Source: an uncultured Gammaproteobacteria bacterium (GTDB lineage: Bacteria > Patescibacteriota > Microgenomatia > JALYQM01). From it: DNA of 64,000 bases. Where the stretch lies: positions 65,186-129,185 of the forward strand of contig CAZHTP010000003.1 in assembly GCA_964535655.1 (NCBI GenBank). Direction: 5' to 3'. Each line of letters opens with the position of its first letter. Positions within the stretch are counted from its first letter, which is position 1. This document shows positions 20,301 to 29,063 of this stretch, in pieces. The notes under the pieces are model-generated. The model saw only the letters and a list, made by a program, of their open reading frames with translations. It was not told the origin of the DNA and did not search any database. Made by a program: the position numbers and the translations under genes.

Positions 20301-21090
20301 TGCCAACGTCGAGGAATTCTGAAGCATCATATTCCATGAGTTTGTAATACTCGTCCTCAGAAAGGAGTGTATGTGGCTTAATAGTGTTAACCATTTCGTT
20401 AACGGTTTTATACACTTCTTCAAGCCTTCCCTCTTCTTTTTCGAGTTCGGTGCGAAGTTGCTGTACTTTTTGGCGAGTTTTTAATTCTAACTCGGTCTTA
20501 GATAATTCTTTTGCTTCTTTTTTGAGTTCATCACTCTTTAGCGCGCCAAGGCGTTCTTTTAATTCTTCTTCAAGTTTGGCGATCTGCTCTTCGGTTTTAT
20601 CGCGAAGCTCGCTGCGGCGACCTTCCAGCTTACCGGAAAGTTGCTCAACTACTTCGGCTTTTTTCTCTTCATTCACTGAGATGATGATGTAGGATGAGAA
20701 ATAAATTACGGCATCCATGCTACGTGGCGAGAGATCGAGTAAGAGCGCAAGTACTGATGGTGTACCTCGCATAAACCATGCATGAGCTACTGGTGCTGCG
20801 AGCCCAATGTGTGCCATTCGTTCACGACGAACTTTGGACTGAGTTACTTCAACTCCACATTTATCGCAGATAATACCCTTGTAACGGATTCTCTTATATT
20901 TACCACAATAACATTCCCAGTCTTTAGTTGGACCAAAGATTTTTTCGCAGAACAATCCATTTTTTTCAGGACGTAGCGTTCGGTAGTTAATAGTTTCAGG
21001 TTTGGTTACCTCTCCGTGCGACCAGTTTTTGATAGTGGTCGGAGAAGCAACTGATAGCTGTATTGCATCGAAATCTAAAATGTCGGCCAT
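17395..21090 (-). CDS. rpoC: DNA-directed RNA polymerase subunit beta'
   Basis: Zn finger CYCGKYK..CDKCGVE, active site NADFDGD, trigger loop GEPGTQLTMRTFH, and GLKENVIIG. Confidence 0.99.
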   Translation of the reverse strand: MADILDFDAIQLSVASPTTIKNWSHGEVTKPETINYRTLRPEKNGLFCEKIFGPTKDWECYCGKYKRIRYKGIICDKCGVEVTQSKVRRERMAHIGLAAPVAHAWFMRGTPSVLALLLDLSPRSMDAVIYFSSYIIISVNEEKKAEVVEQLSGKLEGRRSELRDKTEEQIAKLEEELKERLGALKSDELKKEAKELSKTELELKTRQKVQQLRTELEKEEGRLEEVYKTVNEMVNTIKPHTLLSEDEYYKLMEYDASEFLDVGMGAEAVLDILGQIDLGKLSAELREESNKTTGQRHIKAGKRLRIVEGMRAAKIDPQWMILQVLPVIPPELRPMVQLSGGRFATSDLNDLYRRVINRNNRLKRLIDLGAPSIILRNEKRMLQEAVDALIDSSRKTTSRLSAQAETKSLTDMLQGKQGRFRQNLLGKRVDYSGRSVIVVGPELKLNQMGLPKEMALEMFKPFVLHELIVRGFAPNVKSAKHVLERRSGEVWDILEEITKNHPVLLNRAPTLHKLGIQAFFPILVEGNAIKIHPCVCTGYNADFDGDQMAVHIPLSQKARDEAIELMLASKNLLLPSNGTPVTLPNREMSLGAYFMTYTMEEQPKDDAVFADFEEAIYANQAGKLDLHTMINVRHQGKMMQTTVGRILFNEVMPANMGFVNKLVEGKLIRTLVTTAYETCDNETVRKFIDDLKSLGFKYADKAGISIGIVDCVIHPDRDRVIEEADGRVAEIDSSYKNGLITRDEMRAISNDIWIETTEKVQKMTWDFMEFLNPLKMVVEAGARGSKDQVKQLQGMRGLVADPSGRIVELPTKSNFRQGLMVFEYFTSSRGSRKGFADRALRTSASGYLTRRLVDVAHDVIIRELDCHATVGFSITRQEFGRHFKDRLISRLMAEDIIDPKTKKVIVEANTLVDERMADVIDEAGVDKVMVRSPLTCQTKFGMCQACYGWDMSSKKIVTLGTPVGVIAAQSIGEPGTQLTMRTFHTGGVIGLDITQGLPRVEELVEARTPKNPVPIAEIAGKVEIFETADNIVIRVKDESAKPVEEREYVLPLTADLKVEDGQMVGVGTALMSGHLDIKQILQVQGLQSAQKYLIAQAQDVYESQGIPIHDKHFEVIVRKMCDKVKVEAQGDTTLLPGELVERARFEAENSKVIAEGGEPASAQIVMLGITKASLYTDSFLSAASFQETKNVLTEAAVLGKVDHLVGLKENVIIGRLIPTSPERATEMMMTE

Positions 21091-21127
21091 GATTTTTTTT
21101 GCTCCTTATTATCTTTTTAAATAATAA

Positions 21128-24100
21128 TTACGCTTCCTCCTCTTGTGTATCTTCATCTTCCGAATAATCGCCTTTGCCTGTTGCAAGGCCTGCTTCCTCA
21201 GCTTCTTCAACTTTAACGCCTGGTATATCCCCTGTAGAATCATTGTCTTGTGCGACGATTGATTCCGCATCGAGAACCTGCATTAATTCTGCTGCCTGTT
21301 GCTGTGCTTTTTCATCGGTATCTATTTCTGACTTTGCTATTTCTTCTGCGTCTTTCTTGTCTTTCTTGTTTGATCCGAGCATTAATACTTGGATTGAAAG
21401 TGACTGTAATTCTTTAACCAAAACCTTGAATGATTCTGGAATGAGTGCTTCTGGAATTGCAGTTCCTTTAACAATTGCTTCAAATGTCTTAACTCGACCA
21501 ACGACATCGTCTGACTTTACCGTTAACATTTCTTGTAAGATATGGGCGGCGCCGTATGCTTCAAGTGCCCAAACCTCCATTTCTCCAAGACGCTGTCCAC
21601 CCATTTGTGCTTTACCCCCAAGAGGTTGCTGTGTAACGAGTGAGTATGGACCAGTTGAGCGAGCGTGAGTTTTGTCTTCAACCATATGGATGAGCTTCAA
21701 GATATGCGAAACTCCAACTACAGTTTCCTGTTCGAACTGTTCACCAGTTCGGCCGTCGTATAGTTTAATTTTACCGGATGTTGGGTAGTTAGCTTTAGCG
21801 AGTTCTTGTGTAATAAAATCTTCGCCGATTTCTTCAAAGGCTGGGATACCAATTTTGTATCCAAGTTTTTCGGCGGCAAGACCAAGTTGAGCTTCAAGTA
21901 ATTGTCCCAAGTTCATACGGGATAACACTGAAAGTGACGAGATAATGATGTCTACTGGTCGTCCGTCTGGTAAGTATGGCATGTCGGCTTGTGGTACGAT
22001 TTTTGAAATAATACCTTTGTTTCCATGACGTCCTGCCAATTTGTCTCCAACGGTAATTTTACGCATCTGAACAACTTTTACCTTTACTAATTGGTTAGTG
22101 CCTGGCTCAAGATCGTCGCCTTTATTTTTATCCAGCACTTTTACTTCTACCACTACACCACGGTCGCCATGTGGCATGCGCAGTGAGGTATCGCGCACTT
22201 CGCGAGCTTTTTCTCCAAAGATAGCGCGTAACAGTCTCTCTTCAGCGGTTAATTCTGATTCACCCTTTGGTGCAATTTTACCAACTAAGATATCGCCTGG
22301 ACCAACTTCTGATCCAACAATGACGATTCCGCGCTCATCAAGATGCATGAGGTCTTCTTCGGAAACGTTTGGAATATCTGCAGTCATTTCTTCTGAACCG
22401 AGTTTAGTATCAACAATTGCGGCTTCGTATTCTTCAATGTTGATTGAAGTTAAGACGTCCTCTTTAACGAGACGATCAGAGATAACCAGTGCATCTTCGT
22501 AACCAAGTCCTTCGTACGCCATGTAGGCAATAAGAAGATTGGATCCGAGAGCAAGTTCACCTTTATCTGAGGAAGGACCATCAATCAAAAGATCACCTTT
22601 TTTCACTTTTTGACCCGTGATAACTGTGACGTTCTGTGAGTAACAGGTAGACTGAGCAGTGCGAACAAATTTTTGTAATTCGTAGGTCTTCGCTTCTTTT
22701 TGGCCTTCATATTTGACCATAACCTTACTACCATCTGCGTAGGAAACTACTCCATCGGCTTCTGCGTATACAACGCGCCCCATTGATCCGGCGACTGTCT
22801 TTTCCATGCCAGTTCCAACCCATGGGCTTTGTGGATGAATAAGCGGAACAGCCTGACATTGCATGTGCGTTCCCATAAGCGCGCGGTTGGCTTCGTCATG
22901 TGATACGAACGGAATAAGGGATGCGGATGTTCCCACAACCTGGCGAGCAACCATATCGATATATTGAACGACACTTGATTCAGTTACGTAGAAACGTCCT
23001 TTATAGCGAACAGGAACGCGTTCATCAAGAATATAGCCATTATCATCAATCTTGATTTCAGCATGAGTAATGAATTGTTTTTCTTCATCGTCGGCTGAGA
23101 GATAGGCTACTTCTTCCATAACCTTCATTCTGCCGTCAGCTTCTTTTACCACTTTGCGGTAGGGAGCTTCGAGGAAGCCAAATTCGTTTACGCGAGTATA
23201 GAGTGCCAAGTAGGTAACTAATCCGATGTTTGGACCTTCAGGTGAACGAATTGGACACACGCGTCCATACTGGGAAGTGTTAATGTCACGGATTGAGAAG
23301 GATGCGCGTTCACGCGTGATACCACCCGAACCCATAACGGTTAAACGGCGGAGGTTATCTATTTCAGATAAGGGGTTAGTTTGGTCAAGAATTGCTGAAA
23401 GCTGTGAACTACGGAAGAATTCGTTAATTGCCGCAATGATAGGGCGGGCGTTAACAAGCGATACTGGTGTGATTGGCTGATCGGTTGCGGTTAAGCTCAT
23501 TCTTTCGCGGATCATTCTTTCCAAGCGAAGCATCCCAACGCGGAAGGCATTTTGCTGTACGAGTTCACCTACGCGGCGAACACGGCGATTAGCGAGGTGA
23601 TCGATATCGTCGATTTCACCTTCACCTCGAGTTAATCCGATAAGGTATTTAAGAGCGGCGATAATGTCAGTTAAAGTTAATGTCTGTTGTTCGCGAGGGA
23701 CATTCACTCCCAACTTCTTGTTTACTTTATACCGTCCTACTTTTCCGAGTGTATATCGGCGTGGGCTAAAGAACATCGCATCCATTAATGCATTCGCGTT
23801 GTCGATCACTACTGGATCGCCCGGGCGCATTTTTTTGTAGATTTCGAGTACTGACTCGTCTTTAGTTTTAGTTGCATCTTTATCGATTGTTGAGGCAAAA
23901 AACGTATGCTCCGGATCGGTATCTATGTCTTTAAACGCATCCATTATTTGTTCATCAGTGGTTAAGCCGTACACTCGAAGCAGAGTTGATGCCGGGAATT
24001 TACGCCTTCTATCAATTTTTACGGTTATAATATCGTTTTTACCGATTGTAAATTCGAGCCAGGAACCGCGCATTGGGCGGATCTCTGCTGTATATGTCGG

Positions 24101-24574
24101 TCGTGGAGCTCCCGGTTCCATTTCACTGGAGAAGAAGATGCCTGGTGAACGAACGAGCTGATTAACAACGCAGCGTTCAATTCCATTTACTATAAATGTT
24201 CCCCGATCGGTCATAAGTGGCATATCGCCTAAAAACACTTCCTGTTCGGTGCGTTCGCCGGTTTGCTTATTAATGAGAACTGCTTCAACGCGCATTGGCG
24301 CTTCATAAGAAACACCTTTAAGCATTGATTCATTCGGAGAGTACGTGGGTTTTCCTAAAGAATGCTTACCAAATGAAAGCGCCCAGTTATTACCGGTAAA
24401 GTCTTCAATTGGGCTTAATTCTTCAAGAATTTCCTGTACGCCATGCTCAAGAAACTCAATATATGATTCTTTCTGAACCATATTTAGGTCAAGTTCCGGA
24501 ACTGAAGTATTGGTCTTTCTCCAAAATGTTCTATTAATAGGGGTGTGTTCGAGGGCTTTCAGCTGCTGCGCCAT
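21128..24574 (-). CDS. rpoB: DNA-directed RNA polymerase subunit beta
   Basis: GDKLAGRHGNKG, HARSTGPYSLVTQQPLGGKAQ.GGQRLGEMEVWA; SD AAAGGAG upstream. Confidence 0.99.
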   Translation of the reverse strand: MAQQLKALEHTPINRTFWRKTNTSVPELDLNMVQKESYIEFLEHGVQEILEELSPIEDFTGNNWALSFGKHSLGKPTYSPNESMLKGVSYEAPMRVEAVLINKQTGERTEQEVFLGDMPLMTDRGTFIVNGIERCVVNQLVRSPGIFFSSEMEPGAPRPTYTAEIRPMRGSWLEFTIGKNDIITVKIDRRRKFPASTLLRVYGLTTDEQIMDAFKDIDTDPEHTFFASTIDKDATKTKDESVLEIYKKMRPGDPVVIDNANALMDAMFFSPRRYTLGKVGRYKVNKKLGVNVPREQQTLTLTDIIAALKYLIGLTRGEGEIDDIDHLANRRVRRVGELVQQNAFRVGMLRLERMIRERMSLTATDQPITPVSLVNARPIIAAINEFFRSSQLSAILDQTNPLSEIDNLRRLTVMGSGGITRERASFSIRDINTSQYGRVCPIRSPEGPNIGLVTYLALYTRVNEFGFLEAPYRKVVKEADGRMKVMEEVAYLSADDEEKQFITHAEIKIDDNGYILDERVPVRYKGRFYVTESSVVQYIDMVARQVVGTSASLIPFVSHDEANRALMGTHMQCQAVPLIHPQSPWVGTGMEKTVAGSMGRVVYAEADGVVSYADGSKVMVKYEGQKEAKTYELQKFVRTAQSTCYSQNVTVITGQKVKKGDLLIDGPSSDKGELALGSNLLIAYMAYEGLGYEDALVISDRLVKEDVLTSINIEEYEAAIVDTKLGSEEMTADIPNVSEEDLMHLDERGIVIVGSEVGPGDILVGKIAPKGESELTAEERLLRAIFGEKAREVRDTSLRMPHGDRGVVVEVKVLDKNKGDDLEPGTNQLVKVKVVQMRKITVGDKLAGRHGNKGIISKIVPQADMPYLPDGRPVDIIISSLSVLSRMNLGQLLEAQLGLAAEKLGYKIGIPAFEEIGEDFITQELAKANYPTSGKIKLYDGRTGEQFEQETVVGVSHILKLIHMVEDKTHARSTGPYSLVTQQPLGGKAQMGGQRLGEMEVWALEAYGAAHILQEMLTVKSDDVVGRVKTFEAIVKGTAIPEALIPESFKVLVKELQSLSIQVLMLGSNKKDKKDAEEIAKSEIDTDEKAQQQAAELMQVLDAESIVAQDNDSTGDIPGVKVEEAEEAGLATGKGDYSEDEDTQEEEA

Positions 24575-24821
24575 GACGTCTCCTTTGTTACACGAAAAAA
24601 TCCACGACGTTTCTTTCGTGTACTTTACTACTATTATTTACCTATTGTAATTGAGCTTATAATCTGCAAAACTTGTCTACAAAAACTGGGCTTAGAATTT
24701 GTATCTTTCGTTATATTACAATTTGCTATATCTACTTTTACGTACGAAAAAAAGACACTCGCCTCTTTACCTTACAGATAACAGGGTATGTGGACGTGTC
24801 TTTTTGAACGGTACTGTTACT

Positions 24822-24849
24822 AATATCATGGCTGAGGCACGGGTGTCAA
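24822..24849 (-). promoter_or_regulatory. Putative rpoB promoter
   Basis: TTGACA (24849-24844) followed by a TGATATTA -10-like box, implying a leader of about 240 nt. Confidence 0.5.
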
Positions 24850-24860
24850 GGGGCGCTTTG

Positions 24861-26075
24861 TTAGCTTCGGATTGTAGACAACCTGGCTAGATTAGCTTTA
24901 AATAGATCGGAAAGTTCGATATCTTGACTTAGCCTAATATATTCTATTTGCAGATTAAGTATAGCTTTAGCTACAGTCGTTAATCTGTCAAATTCATCAG
25001 GATAGTTGAGTTTTAAGGCTGCTGAGTATAGTGCTGCTACGGCAGGATGAATTTGAAACACTCCAGCTGTTTTGTAGGAATCTACGTGACCAAGATAACT
25101 CGCTCCTTCGCGTAATTTGCTTAACATATATTCCGCTAGGGAGACGGAGCTCCTATATTTGCCGTTACTCGCTCTGTTCCAAACCTCATGGAATAGGTTA
25201 GTATGAAAAGGACCAATAATACTTAACAAATTAACTACGTTTTGAAGGTCTCTGTCTGTTCTTGTGCAAGTGTGTAATTCGCTGTATGCGTTAGCTGCAA
25301 GTTGTGTATACTCAGGTAACTTGGTTTGTAGATAAGATAACTCTGTTCCTGGTGTTGTTACTTTTTCTAACAGCATCGTTATTAGGAGCGGAATGCCTCC
25401 AGTTGCCTGATAGCAGAATTGAGCCAATTTATTATCTACACCAAAGTACTGAGCGATTTCCTGTGGTAGAAGTGAAGATAAGGACAGCCTTTGCTTTTCG
25501 GTGGATCTATTGCCAGATATTGGTCGAAGATAAGGACCGATAATGCCTTCATTAGTTGAGTGCAGAGTTATTACTTTTTCTCCTCTCCTAAGCGGCTCAA
25601 AGAAATCCACTTGAGTCACAACATTATTAGTCCGAGCAGCGCCACTATCCGCATCGTCAAAGATAACAATTACCGGACGTTTTATTGATGTCTCGGCAAG
25701 ATGATCTGCTACTTCGTTTAGTAAACTTCTATAGCTCGCGCTGTTGTTTACAACTAGACTCCTCTTTTCTAGTGCTCTTTGTAGACCACTGACGCCTTGA
25801 TTAGTTGCCTGGAGTGCTATTGACAAAGCCATTTCTCCCATATTTTCATCGTACTCTCTGCCGTTGTAATACCCATACTCTGCTCCTTGAACTACAATTC
25901 GCACTAATTCCGGATCGCCTTGTCCTATACGACCTAAGTTATAAGTTTTACCAATTCCTACTGGACCTCTGAGATGAAACGCTTGGGGACTTGATCTTTC
26001 CTCTGATTTCATCTTTTGAACAATTTTACTCAATTTATCGACAAGGGCCGTCGGTTGTATTTCAGACATATTCAT
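24861..26075 (-). CDS. STAND/AAA-type P-loop ATPase
   Basis: Walker A GPVGIGKT, Walker B VIVIFDD, and GxP motif ATGGIPLL. TTGCAA-N18-TATAAT ends 6 nt before ATG 26075. Confidence 0.7.
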   Translation of the reverse strand: MNMSEIQPTALVDKLSKIVQKMKSEERSSPQAFHLRGPVGIGKTYNLGRIGQGDPELVRIVVQGAEYGYYNGREYDENMGEMALSIALQATNQGVSGLQRALEKRSLVVNNSASYRSLLNEVADHLAETSIKRPVIVIFDDADSGAARTNNVVTQVDFFEPLRRGEKVITLHSTNEGIIGPYLRPISGNRSTEKQRLSLSSLLPQEIAQYFGVDNKLAQFCYQATGGIPLLITMLLEKVTTPGTELSYLQTKLPEYTQLAANAYSELHTCTRTDRDLQNVVNLLSIIGPFHTNLFHEVWNRASNGKYRSSVSLAEYMLSKLREGASYLGHVDSYKTAGVFQIHPAVAALYSAALKLNYPDEFDRLTTVAKAILNLQIEYIRLSQDIELSDLFKANLARLSTIRS

Positions 26076-26251
26076 CCGCGTATTATAGTCCTCAGCTTTG
26101 CGATTTTGCAAGCTTGCTGACAGTTAAGCAAGGCAATAGAATGAACTCTGCCATTGGCTATCAGTGAGATTGCTCTCGGGTAGAGGACTCGTATCTTGCG
26201 TTTATAAGACACCTTAGGTATACTTTGCTCTTCCTTATGATTTTACCTGAA

Positions 26252-27166
26252 ATGAGACAACAACCTGAATACCACCGGTTTGATCCACGAAGGTGGTTAC
26301 CCAGTCCACGGACTCGTATTGATCGACTTATCGGCGAAGATATGCGTCCCAAACCTGAACGACTTACGCTTATTTTCATTAATGGCAGAGGCTCGAGCGG
26401 GAAAGATACTCAGGCGGATCTTCTTGCTCAGAATGTGTACCCAGGTGCGATACGGATATCTACGGGAGATATTGTACGCGGTGCACAAGAACCCACTAGT
26501 GAGTTTTTTAAATATAATGACAAACTAAAAGAATTTTTTGCAGCCTCAAATGCCGGTGCATTTGTTCCTGATCGGGAAATGCTTGAGGTTGTTCAAGACG
26601 TAATTGAAGATATTATTGAAAATAAGTTACAGCAGGAGAATGTTGTGAATGGTCGGGCAGTGTTTATTTTTACCGGCTTTCCTCGCACAATAGGCCAAGA
26701 TGAAGCTATTAACAGCGTGTTATCTGAAGGTTTGCGTGAGCATTTTCCCGTTGATCATTTGCATATACTTTACGATGTTCCGCCAGAAGTATCACAGAAG
26801 CGAGCACGAATTCGAAGAGAAACACCGGGAATTGCACAACGACGAGATGATCAGATTGAGGTTGTTGAAAGGCGACTTAATGAATATATGGATCAGACTC
26901 TTCCTACCATGTATAACCGAATTTATGGAGGAGATCATCTCATTGTGGTACCGGCTGCAGGTACAATCGAGGAGATTCATGCCATTACTGTGGCACGATT
27001 ACAGGAACATAATAAAAAACGTCGCGGGATTGGAGCCTTTATTGCCGAGCATACTACGGTACGACGTTTACGCGAGAATGATATACGAAATACCTACCGA
27101 AATTTAGTAAATCCTTTCAGAAAGCTTGCCGACAAGAGGCCGCTTGACCATTCGCCGACCAATTAA
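26252..27166 (+). CDS. Adenylate-kinase-like NMP kinase with N- and C-terminal extensions
   Basis: GRGSSGKDTQ, ISTGDIVR, FVPD, GFPRT, RRDD..VVERRL..Y..QTLP; short LID. Confidence 0.8.
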   Translation: MRQQPEYHRFDPRRWLPSPRTRIDRLIGEDMRPKPERLTLIFINGRGSSGKDTQADLLAQNVYPGAIRISTGDIVRGAQEPTSEFFKYNDKLKEFFAASNAGAFVPDREMLEVVQDVIEDIIENKLQQENVVNGRAVFIFTGFPRTIGQDEAINSVLSEGLREHFPVDHLHILYDVPPEVSQKRARIRRETPGIAQRRDDQIEVVERRLNEYMDQTLPTMYNRIYGGDHLIVVPAAGTIEEIHAITVARLQEHNKKRRGIGAFIAEHTTVRRLRENDIRNTYRNLVNPFRKLADKRPLDHSPTN

Positions 27167-27303
27167 CGCTGATATTCTTGCTGTAATAAAATGTAACCCT
27201 TATTGGATAATCCGCCATCATAACCATCAGAATACCCCTGAGGGATAATGGCGTAGGACACCAGACTCTCCATCCCTGCTGCTCCACAATACGGGTTAAC
27301 CAT
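27163..27303 (-). pseudogene. alr: Alanine racemase C-terminal remnant (46-aa frame)
   Basis: Translates as MVNPYCGAAGMESLVSYAIIPQGYSDGYDGGLSNKGYILL. PQGYSDGY..LSNKG matches Alr PxGYxDG...LSN.G. Lies at the end of the murF-ddl-pgeF run. Confidence 0.7.
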
Positions 27304-27317
27304 TTTTTATAATGATA

Positions 27318-27911
27318 TTACTTTTTTATGCTTATAACTGCAATAAATAATCCAGCCTCTCCGCCTTGCATGCGGTCACGATAGGAGAAAAACTCATTAC
27401 AATGATCTTTAGTACAGTAAGTACTCTCATCAATATTTTCTTTTATAATCCCAATTTCTTGCAGTTGAACACTGTTGGCCTGACATAAATTGAGAAAAGA
27501 ATCACTATCTCGTCGTACTATTAATTCTGGATTATTAGGGAAAGCTTGGGTTACTTGCTCAATAACATCTTCTTTAATAGCGTAATAACATGGGCCAATT
27601 GCAGGTCCGAATCCTACTACTAAATCTTTTGGGTTTGAGTTGAACGCTTCAGTCATTTTTTGCGCGGTTTTTACTGCGATTCTATTCACTGTTCCCTTCC
27701 AGCCGGCATGCGCAATGCCGATCGCTTTATTGTTGGGGTCATAGAAGAATACGGATACACAATCGGCGGTACGAATGCCAATCGGTAGTTCGAGCACATT
27801 AGTGATAAGAGCATCGGTATGGGGGATTAAGGTATCTTCGGAATTCCATCCTGATCCTTTGTCTATTTCATTAACCACATGGATGTGGTTAGTATGGAGT
27901 TGTTCTCCCAT
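27318..27911 (-). CDS. pgeF: PgeF/YfiH family protein, apparently N-terminally truncated
   Basis: QLH, DALIT, TADC, AHAGWKG, GPAIGPC.Y and CT..FFSYR are present. The usual N-terminal segment is missing. Confidence 0.85.
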   Translation of the reverse strand: MGEQLHTNHIHVVNEIDKGSGWNSEDTLIPHTDALITNVLELPIGIRTADCVSVFFYDPNNKAIGIAHAGWKGTVNRIAVKTAQKMTEAFNSNPKDLVVGFGPAIGPCYYAIKEDVIEQVTQAFPNNPELIVRRDSDSFLNLCQANSVQLQEIGIIKENIDESTYCTKDHCNEFFSYRDRMQGGEAGLFIAVISIKK

Positions 27912-27959
27912 AGTAAGGTGCTCTGGTTCTAAACGGTAGCGAATCCTCGCGAATTAAAT

Positions 27960-29063
27960 TCAATCATAATTTCGTTTTAACTTATCTTTAGTCTTTTTTT
28001 CTTCTATTGCTAATTGTATAAGTCGATCGATGAGCTTGGGATACGGCAGCCCTGATGCTTCCCAGAGTTTAGGGTACATGCTTATTTTGGTGAATCCCGG
28101 TAATGTATTGATTTCATTAATATATACTTCTCCATCTTCGGTTAAAAAGGAATCAACTCGGGCAAATCCTTTGCACTCAAGGACAAGATATGCTTGGATA
28201 GCTAAATTCTGCATATGTTTCATTTGTAGATCCGAAAGTTTAGCAGGAATTTCTAACGAAGCACCATTCTCATCAATATACTTGGCATCATAGGAATAAA
28301 ACTCATGGTGCGGAATAACCTCTCCACACACAGATGATTCCGGACTCTCATTGCCTAAAATTGAACACTCAATTTCTCTGCCTTTAATATACTCTTCGAT
28401 AAGAATCTTGTTGTCGAATTGAAAAGCGTGATCAATGTATTTTCGCAATTCTTTTTCGCTTTGAGCCTTATTTACTCCGACAGAAGAACCAGCATTGGCC
28501 GGCTTAACAAATAAAGGGAAGCCGAGTGTGGCAATAATGTTCTTTAGGTTTTCTGGAGCATAATTCTTTTTTAGTGATACAAATTGCGCGACTGGGAGTC
28601 CAGCATCGCGCAGTAACCGTTTCATAACATCTTTGTCCATGCCAACGGCTGAGCCTAAAACTCCTGCGCCGACATAGGCTACGTTCATGACTTCAAACAT
28701 TCCTTGAAGGGATCCATCCTCACCTGTGGTTCCGTGAATGATATTGAAAAAGACATCTATAGATTCAGCTTTTTGATCGGTGCCTGTTACTTGCAAAGTA
28801 ACGCGATCTTCTTGAATTACTGGGGTTACCTTGGTGGTGCTTTGGCTATTTAGTGCAATTAATTTTGGATTGGTCTCATTAAGGAGTATCTTTGATCGCT
28901 CACCTGTGAGCCAGTGCCCCTGCTTATCTATTCCGATTAAGGAGACGTTATATTTTTCCTTATCAATAGCGTCATAGATAGATTTTGCAGACTGTAGTGA
29001 AACTTCATGCTCGCCGCTGCGGCCGCCAAATAAAATGCCAACATTAATTTTTTTGTCTGTCAT
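27960..29063 (-). CDS. ddl: D-alanine--D-alanine ligase
   Basis: GGRSGEHEVS, HGTTGEDG, VKPANAGSSVG, FYSYDAKY and NEINTLPGFT. Confidence 0.98.
   Translation of the reverse strand: MTDKKINVGILFGGRSGEHEVSLQSAKSIYDAIDKEKYNVSLIGIDKQGHWLTGERSKILLNETNPKLIALNSQSTTKVTPVIQEDRVTLQVTGTDQKAESIDVFFNIIHGTTGEDGSLQGMFEVMNVAYVGAGVLGSAVGMDKDVMKRLLRDAGLPVAQFVSLKKNYAPENLKNIIATLGFPLFVKPANAGSSVGVNKAQSEKELRKYIDHAFQFDNKILIEEYIKGREIECSILGNESPESSVCGEVIPHHEFYSYDAKYIDENGASLEIPAKLSDLQMKHMQNLAIQAYLVLECKGFARVDSFLTEDGEVYINEINTLPGFTKISMYPKLWEASGLPYPKLIDRLIQLAIEEKKTKDKLKRNYD

Noticed and set aside
17579-24161. Many antisense and alternative-frame ORFs inside rpoB and rpoC
   Set aside because: They are expected from codon bias in long conserved genes and show no motifs or start signals.
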